From contig NZ_CP011034.1 in NCBI RefSeq assembly GCF_001465295.1, forward strand, positions 3,030,001 to 3,062,000: DNA of 32,000 nucleotides, given 5' to 3'. Origin of the DNA: Pseudoalteromonas translucida KMM 520 (GTDB lineage Bacteria > Pseudomonadota > Gammaproteobacteria > Enterobacterales > Alteromonadaceae). Below the pieces are notes generated by a model, which searched no databases, was not told the DNA's origin, and worked only from the letters and a program-made list of their open reading frames with translations. A program made the translations under genes and the position numbers. Position 1 is the first letter of the stretch, and every line of letters begins with the position of its first letter. Below, piece by piece: positions 27,783-32,000 of the stretch.

Positions 27783-29102
27783 TTACTGATCAACTAATAC
27801 AATTTCTTGTTTTATTTTGCTTATTTTTTTATAGAAAGGCTTATTTACTTTAACCTCTGCAGGCAAAGCATTCATAGCTAACTTTGCAGCATTCATATTA
27901 GTAAAACTACCTAATGTTACCACCCACCAAGTTTTATTGTTTCTTTTAGTTTGATAGGTATGCGCCACTTTTTGTAGTTTATGTTGGCTAATAAATTCAG
28001 CACTGACTTGTTGCTGAGTAATCGCTAATAATTGAATAACTGTATTTGTTTCGGGCTGCTGTAAGTACCACGCATTACCTGTGAGTGTTTTGCTCTCGAC
28101 CTGAGCTGAAATATTACTGTGTTGCTGCGTGGCTAATACCTTTCGCTCTACTAATGGAGCATTTTGAGAGCTTGAAGTTGCTTGCTTCGCGGTCAGGCTT
28201 TGCATAATTGCAGGCACATCATTTTTCGGTGTTTGTAGCTCAACTGTGCTTGCAGGTAAGTTAGGTGACGCTGTAATAACGCTATTGTCGCTAGCTGTCG
28301 CTAATGGCTGTTGTATTTGCTTAACCGAAATTGCCGTTGTGAGTACTTCAGGCTCAGCTTGCTGGTAGTATTGTTGCCACCATTGAGTCATGTCTGATTT
28401 ATATAACAAGCCAATTATTAAAAACAGAATAATTAACATCAAAATTAATAAATGCAAACGCCAAGACACTTTGTCTTTTACAACAACATCCGCTATATGC
28501 TCTGTTGCTTGCCAGCTTAGTAATAAATTAGGATTACCCTGAGCCGCAGCTATAAAAGCTTGATAAACTGGGTCTTCATCATAAGGTAGGTCGCTAAAAT
28601 ACCAACTCATTAACTGCTTGCTTTCACTTTGGTTTAATGGCTCTAAGTGAATGTTTATTGCCGCTGTAAAGGCCAGTTTTGACTGCGCAGCAAGCATAAT
28701 ATAAAGCGTACTGGGGGAGTTTTTAGCCAGTAGTTCTAACTCTACCTGTAATTCTTCTGATAAGTGCCTAGCGTTATCGAGCACCCATAAACAAGGGCCA
28801 CAAGCTTGCTGTTGTAATAATTGATAAAAATTTTCGGATAGGCTCAAGCTATGATCAATTAAAGGCGCATTAAAGCTTTGCTCTAATAGCTCACTCATTA
28901 ATTGAATGTCTGTCATTTGTGCTGTTACTTGCACAAAGGCTTTATTAAAATCGTTGTATTTATCAGTAATGAAAGTTTCGAGTAGGTAGCTTTTACCTAG
29001 GCCAGAGGTGCCTAGTAAAACAATCAGGTTTTGTCCGTACTCAAATTGCAGTGCGATTCTATCCACCAATGCCGCACGGCTTGGTAAAATTTGTGGCTGC
29101 AT
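27783..29102 (-). CDS. damX: DamX-like cell-division protein: N-terminal ExeA-type P-loop domain, one TM, low-complexity linker, C-terminal SPOR domain
   Basis: The C-terminus ...WWVVTLGSFTNMNAAKLAMNALPAEVKVNKPFYKKISKIKQEI parallels E. coli DamX SPOR ...[43 protein letters not shown]. The N-terminus has LLGTSGLGKSYLL (Walker A) and LWVLDNARHLS (Walker B-like). Conserved aroB-damX-dam position. Confidence 0.75.
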   Translation of the reverse strand: MQPQILPSRAALVDRIALQFEYGQNLIVLLGTSGLGKSYLLETFITDKYNDFNKAFVQVTAQMTDIQLMSELLEQSFNAPLIDHSLSLSENFYQLLQQQACGPCLWVLDNARHLSEELQVELELLAKNSPSTLYIMLAAQSKLAFTAAINIHLEPLNQSESKQLMSWYFSDLPYDEDPVYQAFIAAAQGNPNLLLSWQATEHIADVVVKDKVSWRLHLLILMLIILFLIIGLLYKSDMTQWWQQYYQQAEPEVLTTAISVKQIQQPLATASDNSVITASPNLPASTVELQTPKNDVPAIMQSLTAKQATSSSQNAPLVERKVLATQQHSNISAQVESKTLTGNAWYLQQPETNTVIQLLAITQQQVSAEFISQHKLQKVAHTYQTKRNNKTWWVVTLGSFTNMNAAKLAMNALPAEVKVNKPFYKKISKIKQEIVLVDQ

Positions 29103-30172
29103 TATTGCTCGATTAACGCTCGAACTTGGTCATCTGAAACATCATCCACTAATGCACATTGTCCAAATTGGGTGGGTAGAATAAAGCGGATAGTACCCTT
29201 TTTATTCTTTTTGTCTTTACGCATATGCTGCAAAAAATGCTCGCTGGTCATTACCGGCGGAATCTGCGTGGGTAAGCTATATTGCGCAATTAAACCAGAG
29301 ATGCGAGTAACATCCTCAGCGGTTAAGTCTTGGCGTGTATGTGCTAGTTTTGCAGCAAGTACCATACCAGTTGCTACTGCTTCACCATGTAGCCAAACAC
29401 CGTAGCCCATTTGTGCTTCAATAGCGTGCGCAAAGGTATGACCTAGGTTTAATAGTGCTCTTAGGCCTTGCTCTTTTTCGTCTTGAGCTACAATTAGCGC
29501 TTTAATTTCACAGCACCTATAAATAATATGCTGTAAACAGTCTTCATCTAATTGCTGTAAACGCTCAACATTTTGCTCTAAGTAAGCAAATAGCTCAGTA
29601 TCGTAAATCAAACCGTATTTAATCACTTCAGCCATACCGGCTGCAAACTCGCGCGCTGGTAAAGTACGTAATGATTGTGTGTCGATAAAAACGGCTTGTG
29701 GCTGATAAAATGCCCCAATCATATTTTTACCTAATGGATGATTTACCGCTGTTTTTCCACCTACCGACGAATCAACTTGTGATAATAGTGTCGTTGGCAT
29801 TTGAATAAAGGGAATGCCACGCTGATAACATGCAGCAACAAAACCAGTTAAATCACCAACAACGCCGCCACCTAATGCAATTAAGCAGGTGTCACGACCA
29901 CAGTTATTTTCGAGTAAAAATGCCGATATTTTTTCAAACCAGGTAAGCGATTTATATTGCTCGCCATCAGGAATAATAAAATGCAGTGGATTCAATGGTG
30001 CTAACTGCGCTAATAAGCCTTGTAAATATAAAGGCGCAATAGTGTCGTTAGTAATGATGATAGGCCGACAATCACCAATGTGATGAACTAGGCGGCCATT
30101 ATCTTGAAGTGTAGATTGACCAATATAAATAGGGTAACTTCGCTCGTCTAAATTAACAGATAATTCAAGCAT
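29102..30172 (-). CDS. aroB: 3-dehydroquinate synthase
   Basis: 356 aa. GGGVVGDLTGFVAA, NAD-binding and metal-binding HGEAVA motifs. Position follows aroK. Confidence 0.95.
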   Translation of the reverse strand: MLELSVNLDERSYPIYIGQSTLQDNGRLVHHIGDCRPIIITNDTIAPLYLQGLLAQLAPLNPLHFIIPDGEQYKSLTWFEKISAFLLENNCGRDTCLIALGGGVVGDLTGFVAACYQRGIPFIQMPTTLLSQVDSSVGGKTAVNHPLGKNMIGAFYQPQAVFIDTQSLRTLPAREFAAGMAEVIKYGLIYDTELFAYLEQNVERLQQLDEDCLQHIIYRCCEIKALIVAQDEKEQGLRALLNLGHTFAHAIEAQMGYGVWLHGEAVATGMVLAAKLAHTRQDLTAEDVTRISGLIAQYSLPTQIPPVMTSEHFLQHMRKDKKNKKGTIRFILPTQFGQCALVDDVSDDQVRALIEQ

Positions 30173-30200
30173 GCTTAGCTATTTCCTTTAATATTAGTAA

Positions 30201-30719
30201 TTAAAAATCCAATTTCTCGATGATTTGGTTAGCAACAACTTTAGCGCTTTGCTCATCAGTGCGTACAACAAAATCAGCCACTTCTTTATATAACGGTTCG
30301 CGTTCTTCTGCTAAACGTTCTAATACATCACGAGGTGCTTCTTCTGTTTGCAGTAATGGGCGACGCTTGTCGCGTTGTGTGCGTGCAACTTGTTTTTCAA
30401 TCGGTGTCTCTAGGTATACTACAATACCGCGAGCCGAAAGCTTGTTTCTAACTTCTTTACTCATTACTGAACCACCACCGGTTGCAAGTACAATACCCTG
30501 CATTTCGGTTAGATCGCCAATAACAGATTCTTCACGAAGTCTAAAGCCTTCTTCACCTTCAAGATCAAACACCCAGGCAATATCTGCACCGGTACGGCGT
30601 TCGATTTCTTGATCAGAATCAACAAATTCAAGGTGTAATTGGTCAGCGATGTGACGACCAATCGTACTTTTGCCAGCCCCCATGGGGCCAACTAGAAATA
30701 TATTACGTTTCTCAGCCAT
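30201..30719 (-). CDS. aroK: Shikimate kinase I
   Basis: 172 aa. [22 protein letters not shown] is near-identical in pattern to E. coli AroK. Confidence 0.95.
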   Translation of the reverse strand: MAEKRNIFLVGPMGAGKSTIGRHIADQLHLEFVDSDQEIERRTGADIAWVFDLEGEEGFRLREESVIGDLTEMQGIVLATGGGSVMSKEVRNKLSARGIVVYLETPIEKQVARTQRDKRRPLLQTEEAPRDVLERLAEEREPLYKEVADFVVRTDEQSAKVVANQIIEKLDF

Positions 30720-30795
30720 ATCTTTTAGTACAAACGAACTCTAAAATTTGAAATAAAACCCCGCCTAACGACCTGGCCCCAAAATTAAGGAGAGG

Positions 30796-30825
30796 ATTAT
30801 CTCAGTAATCGGTTGGGTATTTCAA
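30796..30825 (-). promoter_or_regulatory. Candidate sigma70 promoter for aroK-aroB-damX-dam
   Basis: On the minus strand: TTGAAA (30825-30820), an 18-nt spacer, then GATAAT (30801-30796), about 75 nt upstream of the aroK ATG. Pattern match only. Confidence 0.2.
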
Positions 30826-31103
30826 GTCAATTAGCATAAAAAGCCATATAACGAGCAATTAATCTAAATAATCATCCATTAGTTAACAAAACATTAGCTT
30901 ATTTTAGGGAGTATTTATTTTTCATGGTTAAAATTTGTGCAATCCAAAGTTGTATTTATCAAATTACTGATAACTTTACTACGTAATGCTATGTAAAACT
31001 CACACAGTAAAGCGCAAAATAACACTAGAGTGCACCCGAAGGGCAGCGCATGTTGGTTTTATGCTGCTATCGCATATTTTGGGAAGTAACCACACTGCAT
31101 ATT

Positions 31104-31127
31104 CTCTACTTAGTAAACTAAGTAGAG
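31104..31127 (-). other. Perfect 10-bp stem / 4-nt loop hairpin 35 nt downstream of the pilQ stop
   Basis: CTCTACTTAG-TAAA-CTAAGTAGAG. No U-tract follows on either strand, so it is not a canonical intrinsic terminator. Confidence 0.35.
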
Positions 31128-31161
31128 TGCTGCAAAATCAATATCAAAATATAATCACGTC

Positions 31162-32000
31162 CTAATCAACTTGTATCTTAGGAGTGACGAAAATCAGTAG
31201 TTCACGCTTTTCGTTAAACTCACTGGTACTTTTAAACAGTCTTCCAATATATGGAATGTCGCCCAATAAAGGAACTTTTTTGGTCGAATTAATAATTTGC
31301 TGTTGAAAAATACCACCCAAAACAACTGTTTGGCCATTTTCTACTAGTACCTGCGTTTCAATTTGTTGCGTATCAATTGCAACTGCAGGCCCTGTTCCGG
31401 TCTGTACTGTATCACCTCGGGTATCTTGAGTGATAATTAAATTCAAAATAACTTTGTTATCAGGTGTTATATGCGGTGTTACTTCTAAGCTAAGCACTGC
31501 TTTTTTAAAGCTTACTGTTGTCGCACCACTCGAGGCAGACTCAACATAAGGTATTTCGGTACCTTGTTCAATCCGCGCCTTTTGCTGGTTAGCCGCAGTA
31601 ATTCGCGGACTAGCAATAATTTCACCTTTATTTTCTTCTTCAAGCGCAGTTAGCTCTAAATCAATTAACGTACCATTAGCTAGTTTAGCAATATGCATAC
31701 CTATGCTAGCTGAAGGATTAGCAACCGGCAGGTTTACATTTAATCTATCAGACAAGCTTGGAATATTTCCGTTAGAGATGTTTTCAGCCCCCTCTAGGGT
31801 ACCTGAAATACCATCGGTTCCTTGCTGATCACTAAAGCCCCAACGTACCCCTAAATCTTCTGTTACGTTGTCGCGTACGGTAACCATGCGCGCTTCAATT
31901 ACAACCTGCTTTACGGGTATATCTAGCGTTTCGACCATACGGCGTACGCTTTCGATACTTTTTGCCGTATCTTTCATTAATAATGTATTGGTACGCTGAT
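31162..32000 (-). CDS. pilQ: Type IV pilus secretin PilQ/HofQ, C-terminal part (N-terminus lies beyond the right edge)
   Basis: Secretin domain ...VPLLGDIPYIGRLFKSTSEFNEKRELLIFVTPKI. The frame stays open from 31977 to 32000 (QRTNTLL before the first Met). Conserved pilQ-aroK synteny. Confidence 0.85.
   Translation of the reverse strand, partial: QRTNTLLMKDTAKSIESVRRMVETLDIPVKQVVIEARMVTVRDNVTEDLGVRWGFSDQQGTDGISGTLEGAENISNGNIPSLSDRLNVNLPVANPSASIGMHIAKLANGTLIDLELTALEEENKGEIIASPRITAANQQKARIEQGTEIPYVESASSGATTVSFKKAVLSLEVTPHITPDNKVILNLIITQDTRGDTVQTGTGPAVAIDTQQIETQVLVENGQTVVLGGIFQQQIINSTKKVPLLGDIPYIGRLFKSTSEFNEKRELLIFVTPKIQVD

Noticed and set aside
30759-30780. G-quadruplex in the aroK leader (GGGG..GG..GG..GGGG on the minus strand)
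   Set aside because: Only two of the four runs have more than 2 G, so at best it is a weak two-tetrad structure. It is kept only as a descriptive note under the spacer finding.
1-32000. Search for mobile elements, tRNA/rRNA genes, CRISPR arrays, toxin-antitoxin or defence islands
   Set aside because: I recognised no transposase, integrase or phage-like proteins, no direct-repeat arrays with unique spacers, and no cloverleaf-like tRNA candidates in the short intergenic regions. Gene content is core housekeeping plus the MSHA pilus.

Overview
AT-rich gammaproteobacterial chromosome. By eye GC is about 40% (not computed). Gene content and order suggest Alteromonadales, possibly Pseudoalteromonas, which is an inference. 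Almost every base is explained by conserved core genes. (1) Positions 1..15632 on the minus strand hold a complete, tightly packed MSHA-type type IVa pilus operon: mshI1-I2-J-K-L-M-N-E-G-B-A-C-D-O-P-Q, with mshQ running off the left edge. Its usual regulator, mshH (CsrD-like), sits at 16620..18032, separated from mshI by a plus-strand PLP enzyme gene. (2) Next come a cytochrome c peroxidase gene remnant, ssb, a yajR-like MFS transporter and uvrA. (3) The conserved block pilQ(hofQ)-aroK-aroB-damX-dam / rpe-gph-trpS lies on the minus strand, with pilQ running off the right edge. It is interrupted between dam and rpe by two small plus-strand genes. I saw no tRNA, rRNA, CRISPR array, transposase, integrase, phage genes or recognisable defence genes, and I cannot point to a convincing novel multi-gene system. 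The observations most worth a second look are local. DamX carries an ExeA/MshM-type P-loop domain next to the pilus secretin gene. An antisense two-gene cassette splits dam from rpe. A peroxidase pseudogene lies between ssb and mshH. mshH is uncoupled from the operon and mshF is absent. ssb contains a 42-nt tandem repeat. A 442-bp non-coding spacer lies upstream of aroK. All family calls come from motif recognition by eye, and no searches were run.
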